Of a DNA stretch of 64,000 nt, positions 41,184-54,494 are shown piece by piece. The notes under the pieces are model-generated. The model saw only the letters and a program-made list of their open reading frames with translations. It did no database searches and had not been told where the DNA came from. The stretch comes from Chromatiales bacterium (GTDB taxonomy: Bacteria > Pseudomonadota > Gammaproteobacteria > JAJPIJ01). The stretch spans positions 13,769-77,768 of the forward strand of contig JBQTIC010000019.1 in NCBI GenBank assembly GCA_052388435.1. The letters run 5' to 3'. Position 1 is the first letter of the stretch; each line of letters starts with the position of its first letter. A program made the position numbers and the translations under genes.

Positions 41184-41663
41184 CTAGTCGAGTTTTCGCG
41201 CTGCGAGCAGGACGCCATCCCCATCGGCGTAAACATAATCACCCGGGGTGAAGGTCACGCCGGCAAAGCTGACCGGAACACCGCGCTCACCGGCGCCGTT
41301 CTTCGCGCTCTTCTTCGGATTAGTGTTGAGCGCCTTTATGCCGATATCGACCTCCCCAATCGTCGCTGAATCGCGGATGCAACCATGAACGATGATACCC
41401 GTCCAACCGTTCTTCTTTGCCAGCACCGCCAGTTGATCGCCGACCATTGCACAGCGCAACGATCCTTCTCCATCCACCACGAGCACCCGTCCGTTGCCAG
41501 GCTCCTCGAGGGCCGTGCGCACCAGCGAATTGTCCTCGAAGGCCTTGACGGTGGCGACAGGTCCGCTGAAACAGCACGCGCCTCCGTAGGAGCGGAACAG
41601 CGGCTCGGCAACCCGGACCTCCCGCTCGTGCGCGTCGTAGATATCGGCAGTGGCAGAAGTCAT
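41184..41663 (-). CDS. rraA: RraA-family protein (RNase E inhibitor / 4-hydroxy-4-methyl-2-oxoglutarate aldolase-like)
   Basis: 159 aa from MTSATADIYDAHE; blocks conserved along the full length, with GD(G/Y) motifs; AGAGGAAA Shine-Dalgarno 6 nt upstream of ATG 41663. Confidence 0.8.
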   Translation of the reverse strand: MTSATADIYDAHEREVRVAEPLFRSYGGACCFSGPVATVKAFEDNSLVRTALEEPGNGRVLVVDGEGSLRCAMVGDQLAVLAKKNGWTGIIVHGCIRDSATIGEVDIGIKALNTNPKKSAKNGAGERGVPVSFAGVTFTPGDYVYADGDGVLLAARKLD

Positions 41664-42566
41664 GGTGTATTTCCTCTTTCTTGCGTCGCCCCTTCCTCTC
41701 CCACACCGTCTCCCGCGAGAAAAAAAGGGGAGCACATGCTCTGACGCCGCGGTGAGACTGGAATAAAATTCAGCGCGCCGGTCCGCAATCAAATCATTGC
41801 GCGCAGTGATGGTCTTGTTGCGTGCCAAAGCCAGGTCTATCTCCATAACGAACAGCGATGCACGTTGCGCTGGCGCCTGACTCAACACCTTGCCGCCGGG
41901 CGCGACGATCTGGCTGCGCCCCGTGAAGCGTAGTTCGCCGTGCGGACGCCTCTCCACCCCGTAGCGGTTGGTCGTAACGGCGTAAACCTTGTTTTCGAGG
42001 CAGCGCGTGCGCATCGTCTCCTGGCAATAATGCAGCACGAGGTTACTGGGGTGACACAGCACGTCGGCTCCCTGCAAGGCGAGGCTGCGCGCCACCTCCG
42101 GGAACGCCCAGTCGAAGCACACCATCATGCCGACGTGCGCGCCGCGCACTTCCCGTACCGCGAGCGGCGTGTCGCCCGGATCAAAGCATGCCTTCTCGGT
42201 GTTAAACAGATGCAGCTTGCGATAGACATGCATGAGCCCCTGCGGCCCGATGAGCAGCGCGCTGTTGAACACTTTGTCGTGCCTGCGCTCGGCGAAGCCC
42301 GTGACGAGGAGGAAATCGCGTTCCCGGCAAAGCGCGACGAGAGTAGCCACGGTCGTGGACATGGACGGATCCTCTGCCAGCGCCAGCGCCTCGTCGCGAT
42401 TAGCGAAGTAGTAGCCGGTAAAGGCGAGTTCGGGCAAGACCACAATGTCGGCGCGAACATCGTTGAGGGCACCCAACACTCGCTTCAGGTTGCGCCGGAC
42501 GTTGCCGAACAACGGCCGGAACTGGTAGTAGCCAACGCGCAGCAAGCCTGTTCCCTCTCTCCCCAA
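41664..42566 (-). CDS. carbon-nitrogen hydrolase paralog 2, reading through into rraA with no in-frame stop (fusion, or frameshift artefact at an A7/T7 run)
   Basis: Nitrilase-family blocks through RRAEFY (a typical C-terminal motif). A T7 homopolymer lies at 41720-41726 (coding strand). In an alternative frame, a TGA would overlap the rraA ATG. Confidence 0.7.
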
Positions 42567-42642
42567 AATCCTCTCCGACCGGTGGAGGGGAAGTATGCGT
42601 GTCGCGTCTTCCCCACACCCCTTCCATTTTGACCGAGGAAGC

Positions 42643-44007
42643 TTACTCCTTCTTCTTTCTTGGACGTTGCCAGCCTTCGATGGTGTGCTGGCGTACGCGG
42701 CTGATCGTCAGTTTGCCCTGCGGCGCGTCGTGCGTGAGGGTAGTCCCGGCGCCGAGTGTCGCGCCATCGCCGACCTTCACGGGCGCCACCAACTGGCAAT
42801 CGGAGCCGATGAAGACATCGTCGCCGATGACGGTCTTGTGCTTGTTGGCACCGTCGTAATTGCAGGTGATGGTGCCGGCGCCGATGTTGACGTTTGTGCC
42901 TACCTCAGAATCGCCGACATAGCTCAGGTGATTGATCTTCGATCCCTGAGCCACCGTGCTCTTCTTGATCTCGACAAAATTGCCCACATGCACATCCTCG
43001 CCGAGCACCGTTTCCGGCCGTATCCGCGAGTAGGGACCAACGCGGGCGCCGCGGCCGATCGTGGCGTCCTCGATGACGCAGTTGGCGAGCACGCTGGCGT
43101 CATCTTCGACCGTCACATTGCGCAGAACATTGTTCGGCCCGATGTGCGCGCGGCTGCCGATCCGCACCCGGCCTTCGAGCACCACGTTGACATCGATGAA
43201 CACATCCTGCCCGATCTCGAGCTCGCCGCGCAGATCGAAGCGCGCCGGGTCTGCGATCGTGACGCCTTGTTTCATGAGGTGTTGGGCCTGTACGAGCTGG
43301 TAATAGCGCTCAAGCTCTGCGAGTTGGGCGCGATCGTTGACACCCATGACCTCGAACACAGACTCGGGGGACACGGTCTTGATTTGCACGCCGTCCTTGA
43401 CCGCGATCTCAATCACATCAGTGAGGTAGTACTCGCCCTGTGCGTTCCTGTTGCTCAGGCGATTCACCCACTTCTTGAGCAGGCGGGCTGCCACCGCCAT
43501 CATCCCCGTGTTCACTTCACGGATCTTGCGCTCGGCGCGGGTAGCGTCCTTCTGTTCGACGATGCGCACAACGTTGCGCTTGGCGTCGCGGACGATGCGG
43601 CCATAGCCCGCGGGGTCGGGGAGTTCGACGGTGAGCAGGCCGAGCGCCTTGGTGCCAGCTTCGACCAGGCGCTCCAGGGTGGAATAGGTGATGAGGGGGA
43701 CATCACCGTACAGCACTAGGACAGTGTCGTTGTGCTTTACCTTCGGCAATGCCTGTTTAACGGCGTGTCCAGTGCCGAGCTGGCGGGCCTGCTCGACCCA
43801 CTCGGCCTTCAGATAGCGCAGGCGCTCCCGCATATTCTCGCCGCCGTGACCGTATACGACATGGACCCGCGACTTGGGAAACCGCATGGCGGCGGTGTAC
43901 ACGTGTTCGAGCAGGGTCCTGCCCGCCAGCGTGTGCAGGACCTTCGGCAACTGCGATTTCATGCGGGTGCCCTGACCCGCGGCGAGGATGATGACACTTA
44001 GCGCCAT
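42643..44007 (-). CDS. glmU: bifunctional UDP-N-acetylglucosamine pyrophosphorylase / glucosamine-1-phosphate acetyltransferase
   Basis: N-terminal LAAGQGTRM nucleotidyltransferase motif and C-terminal left-handed beta-helix hexapeptide repeats; 454 aa. Confidence 0.95.
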   Translation of the reverse strand: MALSVIILAAGQGTRMKSQLPKVLHTLAGRTLLEHVYTAAMRFPKSRVHVVYGHGGENMRERLRYLKAEWVEQARQLGTGHAVKQALPKVKHNDTVLVLYGDVPLITYSTLERLVEAGTKALGLLTVELPDPAGYGRIVRDAKRNVVRIVEQKDATRAERKIREVNTGMMAVAARLLKKWVNRLSNRNAQGEYYLTDVIEIAVKDGVQIKTVSPESVFEVMGVNDRAQLAELERYYQLVQAQHLMKQGVTIADPARFDLRGELEIGQDVFIDVNVVLEGRVRIGSRAHIGPNNVLRNVTVEDDASVLANCVIEDATIGRGARVGPYSRIRPETVLGEDVHVGNFVEIKKSTVAQGSKINHLSYVGDSEVGTNVNIGAGTITCNYDGANKHKTVIGDDVFIGSDCQLVAPVKVGDGATLGAGTTLTHDAPQGKLTISRVRQHTIEGWQRPRKKKE

Positions 44008-44153
44008 GTAATCTACCTGATGTCGTCATACCAGCGAAGCCTGCCCCGGCCAAGGTTGTAAGCCGCGGGCTGGCACCCAGCATTATTTCACCAGCTCCCG
44101 GCTTGCGCCGGAACGACGCACGGGTTTTGCTGGCACTTTGATGAAGAATATCT

Positions 44154-44582
44154 TCAGCCCCGGCGACGGCGCAGGCGCTGGATGGCCTGCAACTGGGCGG
44201 CGAGTGCTGCTATTTCGCCCTCGACGGTGGCCACCTCTGCCTTGTCCTTGGCAGTACGCCTCGCTTCTTCCGCCGCCTTCAGGGCCTCGTTCGCCTTTGC
44301 CTCGTCAAGGTCGCGGCCGCGGATCGCGGTGTCGGCAAGTACGGTCACACGATTGGGCTGTACCTCCAGGATACCGCCGGCAACAAACACAAACTCCTCG
44401 CCGCCATCCGCCTTATCGATGCGTACCGCGCCGGGACGGATGCGGGTAATGAGCGGCGTGTGTTGGGGCAGGATACCCAGTTCGCCCAACTCTCCGGGCA
44501 GCACCACGAATTTGGCCTCACCGGAGAAGATCGATTCCTCCGCGCTCACCACGTCCACATGAATCGTGTTGGCCATCTGCAA
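44154..44582 (-). CDS. atpC: F1 ATP synthase epsilon subunit
   Basis: 142 aa, canonical AtpC N-terminal beta-sandwich and C-terminal helices; position after atpD. Confidence 0.9.
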   Translation of the reverse strand: MQMANTIHVDVVSAEESIFSGEAKFVVLPGELGELGILPQHTPLITRIRPGAVRIDKADGGEEFVFVAGGILEVQPNRVTVLADTAIRGRDLDEAKANEALKAAEEARRTAKDKAEVATVEGEIAALAAQLQAIQRLRRRRG

Positions 44583-44667
44583 AATCCCGTAATTGGTAAT
44601 CAGTGATTCATGACGGGCAAAGAGCTACCTGCTCAACGGCATTCACCCATCACTGGCCACTCGTCAT

Positions 44668-46125
<1,458 letters not shown>

Positions 46126-46160
46126 TTAGACGAGGGCTCCACAGACCTTGAAGCGTCGCG

Positions 46161-47024
46161 TCATACTGCTGCCGCCCCGCCCACAATTTCTGAGATCTCT
46201 TTGGTGATCGCCGCCTGACGGTTCTTGTTGTAGATGAGCGTCAACTCGTCGATCAGATTCGCGGCGTTGTCGGAAGCGGCCTTCATCGCGACCATGCGCG
46301 CGGACTGTTCCGAGGCCATGTTCTCCGCGATCGCCTGGAAGATGATCGCCTCGATGTAGCGGGTGAGCACCTGGTCGAGGACGGTCTTCGCCTCCGGTTC
46401 GTAGATGTAGTCCCAGTGGCCCTCGGCGGAGCCGAGCCGCTCGCCGGAAAGCGGCAGGAGCTGCTCCATCACCGGGTCCTGCTTCATGGTGTTGATGAAC
46501 CGCGTATAGAAGATCATCAGCCGGTCGAAGCGATCCTGGGTGTAGCCGTCCAGCATCAGCTTCACCGCGCCGATCAGCTTGTCCATCTGCGGCCGGTCGC
46601 CGAGCTGAACCACGTGCGAGGTGATGTTCGCACCCAGGCGCTGCATGAACCCGAGCGCCTTGTTGCCGATGCAGCAGACTTCGCAGCGCTCGCCCTCGGC
46701 CTCCCATTCCTTGATCTGGGCCAAGACCAGGCGCAGCACGTTGGTGTTGAGCGCCCCGCATAAACCCTTGTCGGTGGTTATGACGATGATGCCGACGCCC
46801 TTCACCGTGTCGCGCTCAACCACGAACGGATGGCGATACTCGGGATTGGCGTGGCTGATATGGGCGGCGACGTTGCGGATCTTCTCGCCGTAGGGCCGGG
46901 ACGCGCGCATGCGTTCCTGGGCCTTGCGCATCTTGGACGCCGCGACCATCTCCATCGCCTTGGTGATCTTCCGGGTGTTCTGCACACTGCGGATCTTCAC
47001 CCGAATTTCTTTCGTGCCTGGCAT
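46161..47024 (-). CDS. atpG: F1 ATP synthase gamma subunit
   Basis: 287 aa; conserved N- and C-terminal coiled-coil helices; gene order. Confidence 0.93.
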   Translation of the reverse strand: MPGTKEIRVKIRSVQNTRKITKAMEMVAASKMRKAQERMRASRPYGEKIRNVAAHISHANPEYRHPFVVERDTVKGVGIIVITTDKGLCGALNTNVLRLVLAQIKEWEAEGERCEVCCIGNKALGFMQRLGANITSHVVQLGDRPQMDKLIGAVKLMLDGYTQDRFDRLMIFYTRFINTMKQDPVMEQLLPLSGERLGSAEGHWDYIYEPEAKTVLDQVLTRYIEAIIFQAIAENMASEQSARMVAMKAASDNAANLIDELTLIYNKNRQAAITKEISEIVGGAAAV

Positions 47025-47116
47025 ATGGGTTATCCGTGTTGCACGCCGTCGCGCGGGTTGAGCGCACTACGTGTCCGCTCTAACGAGCGCAGTTGCTGGG
47101 CGTCCAAAGATGTCCG

Positions 47117-48667
47117 TTAATAACTTGCGTTTTTCTTCCAGTCCTTGATCGCCTCATTCAGCTTGTCTTCGTCTTCCTTGGACAGGTCTTTCTTCTCCTC
47201 CATGCGGCCGACGAGATCACCGTACTTGCCTTTGGCGTAGTCGCGCATCGAGTGCTCGGCAGCGAGTGCCCGCTTGACGTCGATGTCGTCGAAATAGCCA
47301 TTGTTCACGGCAAACAAGGTGAGTGCCATTTCCCACACGGCGAGCGGCTGGTACTGGGGCTGCTTCATGAGCTCGGTCACCATTCGGCCGCGCTCAAGTT
47401 GCTTGCGAGTGGCCTCATCGAGGTCAGAGGCGAACTGGGCGAACGCTGCCAGCTCGCGGTATTGCGCCAGCGCCAGACGCACGCCGCCGCCCGTGTCGCG
47501 GCGCTTCATGATCTTGGTCTGGGCGGCACCGCCCACCCGCGAGACCGAGATGCCGGCGTTAATGGCTGGCCGTATCCCAGCGTTGAACAGGTCCGTCTCC
47601 AGGAAGATCTGGCCGTCGGTAATGGAAATTACGTTGGTCGGCACGAACGCGGTCACGTCGCCGGCCTGGGTCTCGATGATGGGCAGCGCAGTGAGCGAGC
47701 CGGTCTTGCCTTTCACCGTGCCTTTGGTGAAGCGCTCCACGTATCCCTCGTGCACGCGCGCGGCGCGCTCCAACAGGCGCGAGTGCAAGTAGAACACGTC
47801 GCCCGGGTACGCCTCGCGCCCCGGCGGGCGGCGTAACAAGAGCGAGATCTGGCGGTAGGCCCAAGCCTGCTTGGTGAGGTCATCATAGATAATGAGCGCG
47901 TCCTGACCGCGGTCGCGGAAATACTCGCCCATGGTGCAACCGGAGTACGGAGCGATGTACTGCATCGCCGCCGATTCCGAGGCGGAGGCCGCGACGATGA
48001 TAGTGTAGTCCATCGCGCCGTGCTCTTCGAGCTTGCGCACCACGCCGGCGATGGTGGAAGCTTTCTGTCCGATCGCAACGTACACGCAGATCAGGTCCTT
48101 GCCATTCTGGTTGATGATGGTGTCGATCGCGACTGCCGTCTTTCCGGTCTGGCGGTCGCCGATGATGAGCTCGCGTTGGCCGCGGCCGATGGGCACCATG
48201 GAGTCAATCGCTTTGAGTCCGGTTTGCACGGGTTGCGCCACCGATTTGCGCCAGATCACCCCGGGGGCCACCTTCTCGATCACGTCGGTCATCTTGGCGG
48301 TGACCGGACCCCTGCCGTCGATCGGCTGGCCGAGCGAATTCACCACGCGCCCCAACAGCTCGGGGCCGACCGGCACTTCCAGGATGCGCCCGGTACACTG
48401 GACGGTATCGCCTTCGGAGAGGTGCACGTACTCACCCAGGATCACCGCGCCCACCGAGTCGCGCTCCAGGTTCAAGGCCAGGCCGAAGGTGTTGTTGGGG
48501 AACTCCAGCATTTCGCCCTGCATCACTTCCGAGAGCCCGTGGATGCGGCAGATGCCATCGGTCACGGAGACGATCGTGCCCTGGGTGCGCACGTCGGCGG
48601 ATAGCGCGAGACCCTGGATCTTGCTCTTGATGAGTTCGCTGATTTCGGAAGGATTCAACTGTTGCAT
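47117..48667 (-). CDS. atpA: F1 ATP synthase alpha subunit
   Basis: GDRQTGKT P-loop; 516 aa. Confidence 0.97.
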   Translation of the reverse strand: MQQLNPSEISELIKSKIQGLALSADVRTQGTIVSVTDGICRIHGLSEVMQGEMLEFPNNTFGLALNLERDSVGAVILGEYVHLSEGDTVQCTGRILEVPVGPELLGRVVNSLGQPIDGRGPVTAKMTDVIEKVAPGVIWRKSVAQPVQTGLKAIDSMVPIGRGQRELIIGDRQTGKTAVAIDTIINQNGKDLICVYVAIGQKASTIAGVVRKLEEHGAMDYTIIVAASASESAAMQYIAPYSGCTMGEYFRDRGQDALIIYDDLTKQAWAYRQISLLLRRPPGREAYPGDVFYLHSRLLERAARVHEGYVERFTKGTVKGKTGSLTALPIIETQAGDVTAFVPTNVISITDGQIFLETDLFNAGIRPAINAGISVSRVGGAAQTKIMKRRDTGGGVRLALAQYRELAAFAQFASDLDEATRKQLERGRMVTELMKQPQYQPLAVWEMALTLFAVNNGYFDDIDVKRALAAEHSMRDYAKGKYGDLVGRMEEKKDLSKEDEDKLNEAIKDWKKNASY

Positions 48668-48682
48668 GATTGCTCCTGAATC

Positions 48683-49219
48683 TTAAGATTGCAGTGCCGC
48701 GGCCATGTTGTTCAACCTGCCGCGCACCGAGCTGTCTATGACTTCGTCCCCGATCACCATCCTGACGCCGCCGATCAACTCCTGGTCCACGCTGACCTCG
48801 ATCTGGACCTTGCGCTTGTAGCGCGCCTCCAGCGCCGAGACGAGCATCGCCTGCTGCGCGTCGTCCAGCGCAAAGGCGGTGGCGATCCTGGCTTCGAGCG
48901 TTCCCTCGCGCTCGTTCTTCAATTGCTCGAACAGATCGCGCACCCCCGGCAACAAGGTCAGCCGGTCGTTACTGATGAGCAGTTTGACGAAATTCTGAGC
49001 CGCGGTGGGGATGTCTTCGCCAATGGGTGACATGAACAGTCCATACAGCCGTTCGGGGGTGAGTTTGGGGTCGCCGATCAAGGTGCGCACGTCAGGATTG
49101 GCCGCCACCGTCGCCATGGTGTGCAGAACGCGGGACCATAGAGCGAGCGTGTTGTTCTCGTCGGCAAAGCGGAACGCCGCTTCGGCGTAGGGTCGGGCGA
49201 GAGTGGTGACTTCTGCCAT
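48683..49219 (-). CDS. atpH: F1 ATP synthase delta subunit (OSCP)
   Basis: 178 aa; OSCP fold; gene order. Confidence 0.9.
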   Translation of the reverse strand: MAEVTTLARPYAEAAFRFADENNTLALWSRVLHTMATVAANPDVRTLIGDPKLTPERLYGLFMSPIGEDIPTAAQNFVKLLISNDRLTLLPGVRDLFEQLKNEREGTLEARIATAFALDDAQQAMLVSALEARYKRKVQIEVSVDQELIGGVRMVIGDEVIDSSVRGRLNNMAAALQS

Positions 49220-49226
49220 GGGCGAC

Positions 49227-49697
49227 TTAGAGTTCCGCCTTGATCGCCGTCAGCAGATCGCTGTGGGCTTTGGCGTCGACCTCCCGACGCAGTATTTTCT
49301 CCGCTCCTGCCACCGCCAACGCCGCCACCTGCCCGCGCAGCGCTTCCTTGGCGCGCGAAACCTCTTGTGCGATATCCGCCTTGGCGGCGGCGAGCAGGCG
49401 CTCGCCCTCCATGTTGGCGCCGGCCCTCGCTTCTTCGATCAGTTCCGCCCCGCGCTTTTCCGCATGGGCGATGATCTCCGAGGCCTGCTGCTTGGCTTCC
49501 CGCAGCACCTCAGCGGAGCGCTGGGCAGCCAGTTCCAGGTCGAGCTTACCGCGTTCGCCCGCGGCGAGCCCGTCGGCGATCTTTCGTCTGCGTTCGGCCA
49601 GCGCGCGCATCAGCGGCGGCCATATGAACCTCATGCAGAACCAGACAAACAAAAAGAACGTTATCGATTGCCCGATCAGGGTTGCGTTGATATTCAT
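49227..49697 (-). CDS. atpF: Fo ATP synthase subunit b
   Basis: N-terminal TM helix followed by a long charged coiled coil; 156 aa. Confidence 0.9.
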   Translation of the reverse strand: MNINATLIGQSITFFLFVWFCMRFIWPPLMRALAERRRKIADGLAAGERGKLDLELAAQRSAEVLREAKQQASEIIAHAEKRGAELIEEARAGANMEGERLLAAAKADIAQEVSRAKEALRGQVAALAVAGAEKILRREVDAKAHSDLLTAIKAEL

Positions 49698-49740
49698 GGC
49701 CGGACCCTAAAAGCGAAACGTCTCCGTGGACGGGATCGCC

Positions 49741-50881
<1,141 letters not shown>

Positions 50882-50885
50882 TCAG

Positions 50886-51251
50886 CTATCTTTTCTTGAT
50901 CGCGCCCCACCCATAGGCAAATTGCGCTACCGCAAACCCAGCGATTACCGGCAGGGGGTTCAACTTAAGCCACGCAAATCCTATCGCAAACAGAACAATC
51001 GCCGCGGCAAGCCGTTCCGCCAGGCCCATCAAGAGATTCAAATTCCCCCGCTGAGAGGCATTTGTGGAAATTGCCTGCCATACGCTTCTGCGCAACAGCC
51101 AGCTATTAACCAGCGCAACCGCCCCGCCGTACAAGGCAGCACCTGCGGCGGATATTCCCCCGATAAAAAAGCTAACGACTGGCGTTGCCGTTACGAAAAA
51201 TGCCTGCCAGGCAATAATCCTATCGACGCTGTCGCCCGTTTCTGTTTTCAT
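50886..51251 (-). CDS. atpI: ATP synthase protein I; start placed at MKTETG
   Basis: Small hydrophobic protein at the head of the atp operon. Confidence 0.6.
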   Translation of the reverse strand: MKTETGDSVDRIIAWQAFFVTATPVVSFFIGGISAAGAALYGGAVALVNSWLLRRSVWQAISTNASQRGNLNLLMGLAERLAAAIVLFAIGFAWLKLNPLPVIAGFAVAQFAYGWGAIKKR

Positions 51252-51557
51252 CAGGCACCTACAAGGGCTTCCTTGAGGCAGCTGCGAATCCTGGTCTGGC
51301 ACGCCAGCGGACACTGTCAGCCGCTGCGGCACGATGCGCCCTACCGAATTCCGCGGTGCGAGGATCGCTGGGCTGAAGACTTGTGGGCGGCCTTACGGTA
51401 CATGAGGCGTTTCAACCACGAGGCGACGCCGACTTCTGCCTTAGCAAAGGCCGCTGAATTCTACGGGAGGGTATTGAGAGCGTCAACGGCGTTATGTTGT
51501 CCGCGGCTCTCTCGGCCGGCGGCACGTCAATCTTCGTGCGGCGCCCTGGCGCGCCCT

Positions 51558-52418
51558 TCACTTGATGTGAGACAGAATTCCGTCCAATTCCTCCAGGGAG
51601 TTGTAATGGATCATCACCGCGCCGCGCCCCTTGGCACCGTGGCGAAACGACACTCTGGCGCCGAGTCGTTCGCCGAGCTCCTGCTCGAGGCGATGTGTAT
51701 CGGGATCCGTTTTCGACGGCTTGCGCGCGGACGTCTGCAGCAGGTGCTTTACCAACTGCTCCGCCTGACGGACGGATAAGCCCCTCGCGACGATCCGCTC
51801 GGCGGTGGCCACCTGCCGTTCAGGCGGCAGCGCGAGCAGGGCACGTGCGTGCCCCATCTCGAGCCGCCCCTGCTCGACCATGCGCTTGACCGGTTCGGCC
51901 AGATCCAGCAGGCGCAGCAGGTTGCTCACCGCTGCCCGCGACCGCCCGATCGCCTCGGCGACCTGCTGGTGAGTGAGGTCGAATTCGTTTACCAGCCGGT
52001 GCAAGGCGTTAGCCTCCTCGATGGCATTGAGATCGGCGCGCTGGATGTTCTCGATGAGCGCGATACTCACGGCCGCCTTGTCGTCCGCGTCGCGGACCAC
52101 GGCGGGGATGTCGTGCAGCCCCGCCATCTGTGCCGCTCGCCAGCGACGTTCGCCGGCGATGAGCTCGTAGCGACCCTGTCCGGGCAGGCGGCGCACCACA
52201 ACAGGCTGTACCACCCCTTGCGCCTTGATCGAGTCGGCAAGCTCCTGCAACGCCTCGCTCTTCATGTCCACGCGCGGCTGGTAGCGGCCGCGCTGGATAA
52301 GATCGACGGGAAGGCTGCGCAGGTCATGCGACGGGGCGGTGTCGGCATCGGCGTCTGTCGCCTCGCTGCCGATGCCCAGCAGCGCATCCAGTCCTCGACC
52401 CAACCCCCGCTTTTTCAC
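51558..52418 (-). CDS. parB: chromosome partitioning protein ParB
   Basis: GLGRGLDALL N-terminal box, ParB/Spo0J HTH, C-terminal dimerisation domain. Confidence 0.9.
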   Translation of the reverse strand: MKKRGLGRGLDALLGIGSEATDADADTAPSHDLRSLPVDLIQRGRYQPRVDMKSEALQELADSIKAQGVVQPVVVRRLPGQGRYELIAGERRWRAAQMAGLHDIPAVVRDADDKAAVSIALIENIQRADLNAIEEANALHRLVNEFDLTHQQVAEAIGRSRAAVSNLLRLLDLAEPVKRMVEQGRLEMGHARALLALPPERQVATAERIVARGLSVRQAEQLVKHLLQTSARKPSKTDPDTHRLEQELGERLGARVSFRHGAKGRGAVMIHYNSLEELDGILSHIK

Positions 52419-52508
52419 CCGAACCCCCTCTCCGGCCGGTCGCTCCTACCAGCAACGCGTCGTGTGCGATCCCGAAATTATTGGTCCGACTGGCATCGAC
52501 CGCAGCAG

Positions 52509-53291
52509 TCAGTTGATGTGCCCGGTGGCAGTGTCCTTGCGCAGCATTTCACCGGCAAGGGCAAGATAGGCCACCGAGCCGCTCGACAGTCGATCGTAGA
52601 GCAAAACCGGCAAACCGTGGCTTGGGGCCTCGGCGAGGCGCACGTTGCGCGGGATGACCGTCTTGTAGACCTTGTCGCCGAAGTGTTTGAGCAGTTGCGC
52701 CGAGACCTCATTGGCGAGGTTGTTGCGCGGGTCGTACATGGTGCGCAGCAGTCCTTCGATCCTCAGTTTCGGATTGAGGATCTTGCGGATCTTCTCGATC
52801 GTCTCCATCAGTGCCGACAGTCCCTCCAGCGCATAGTACTCGCACTGGGTTGGAATGATTACCGAATCAGCCGCCACCAGCGCGTTGATTGTAAGCATGT
52901 TGAGGGCTGGCGGGCAGTCGACAAGGATGTAATCGTAATCCTCCCTTACCGGCGTCAGCGCGCCGCGCAATTTCAGTTCGCGCCCGAGTTCCTCGAGCAA
53001 GCCCGCCTCCGCCCCGGTCAGGTCGCCATTCGAGGGCACGAGGTCATAGCCCGCAGCGGGCAGCGTAGTTGCCACGTCGACCACTGCGACTTCGTTCATC
53101 AACACGTCAAACGTCGACTTACGCAACCCGCGCTTTTCCACACCGCTGCCAACCGTCGCATTGCCCTGCGGGTCCATGTCGACTAACAGAACACGGCGCT
53201 TTGTCGCCGCCAGCGAAGCGGCGAGGTTGACGCTGGTGGTTGTCTTGCCCACCCCGCCTTTCTGGTTGGTGATCGCGAAGGTCCTGCCCAT
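52509..53291 (-). CDS. parA: chromosome partitioning ATPase ParA (Soj); start placed at MGRTFAI
   Basis: Deviant Walker A NQKGGVGKTTT; full ParA/MinD fold. Confidence 0.9.
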   Translation of the reverse strand: MGRTFAITNQKGGVGKTTTSVNLAASLAATKRRVLLVDMDPQGNATVGSGVEKRGLRKSTFDVLMNEVAVVDVATTLPAAGYDLVPSNGDLTGAEAGLLEELGRELKLRGALTPVREDYDYILVDCPPALNMLTINALVAADSVIIPTQCEYYALEGLSALMETIEKIRKILNPKLRIEGLLRTMYDPRNNLANEVSAQLLKHFGDKVYKTVIPRNVRLAEAPSHGLPVLLYDRLSSGSVAYLALAGEMLRKDTATGHIN

Positions 53292-54048
53292 GGTGAGCCC
53301 GCTATTAAATCTCATGAATGGTCACGTGTGCGACGCTGTGCGATTTTCGATGCACCGACCGGCCCACGGTTTCGCGCAGCGGCGGGTGCGGGACCGAGTC
53401 GGGCCGCCGGAAGGATGGCGATGTCGATGCATTCGCCGCCGCTCCTGCACTCGACGCTGCGCTAGCCAAGTCGCGGCGGCGTTCCAGGCGCGAGCCCGGC
53501 CGCTAGGCCATCCAAGCAAGGGGCGGGCAACATTTTGGCCGGCAACGCATCACGCGAGCATCCATAAGACAGGCATCTTGAGATGCTAAAGGGGATCCTG
53601 TTTGCCGGGAGAACCCCGGGAAGGCTCCAAGACGATTCATTATTGCACACGCATGCGCCCGGCGACACGCGCGTTGGATGCCGGCCGGGGGGCATCGGCA
53701 AGATGTGACGGCACGGTCGTTCTCGGGCGCTCGCCCGTACGCTTTTGGCTACCGCGTCAAAACACAGACGTCACATTACACTCTGTCAAGATTTCCACTC
53801 CAGCCACACTGAAAATGTTGTGTTCTAACAACAGCAGGAGAAGAATGACGATCAATCTGGGTCTGGCGTCACTCTTGCATAACGGCCATTAAGGACATCC
53901 AATCAACCGTGACGCGGCGTACCGTTAATACATGGAAACAAGGATAAGACACGAATCGATCCTGTCCCGGGTGCAGCGTGCTCAGCTATCAGGTCTGGGT
54001 CGACGCCCCGAGCGTCAGGACGCCGACACCGGAGCGGCCGTAACGAAC

Positions 54049-54414
54049 GTGCAGATCGAATGTTGGGGGTTCCATCTGATCGTCGACGTGAAGGGCTGTG
54101 TGACCACCGCCCTCGACGACGACGAGCACCTCAAGGACTGCATCCGCAGCCTCACGCAGGAACTCGGCATCAAAGCCATGGGCGAACCGATACTCCACCA
54201 TTACCGCCCCAACGAACCAGAGAAAGCAGGTTTTGTCGTGGTGCAGACTGGAGAAGGCGCATCGATCACCGCGCATTTTGTCCGCCGGACCGGCGATGCG
54301 TATCTCGATATTGTCTCCTGCACGCAGTTCTCGATGTGGCAGATCGAACGCATCCTTGATCGCCTTTTTATGCCGCAGTCGATGACGCTCACTTTCATCA
54401 CCCGTCAGGCATAG
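54049..54414 (+). CDS. S-adenosylmethionine decarboxylase-family (SpeH/AdoMetDC class 1-like) protein, lacking the canonical Glu-Ser self-cleavage pair; GTG start at 54049, with an alternative ATG at 53932
   Basis: GFHLIVDVKGC and GFVVVQTGEGASITAHFVRRTGDAYLDIVSC align with the SpeH blocks GRHLVAEFYEC and [28 protein letters not shown]; the ES pair is replaced by GAS. Confidence 0.55.
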   Translation: MQIECWGFHLIVDVKGCVTTALDDDEHLKDCIRSLTQELGIKAMGEPILHHYRPNEPEKAGFVVVQTGEGASITAHFVRRTGDAYLDIVSCTQFSMWQIERILDRLFMPQSMTLTFITRQA

Positions 54415-54494
54415 AGCAGCGGCTCCTCCCTCCCACTGCTCGAAGGTGCGCGGTCAACCATCGGGCATGTCCAAGATGCTCGCAAAGACCACTG

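Noticed and set aside
53316-53931. parS site (TGTTNCACGTGAAACA) near parAB
   Set aside because: No match within one or two mismatches was found by eye in the parA upstream region or elsewhere in the window. parS may lie outside the window or be divergent.
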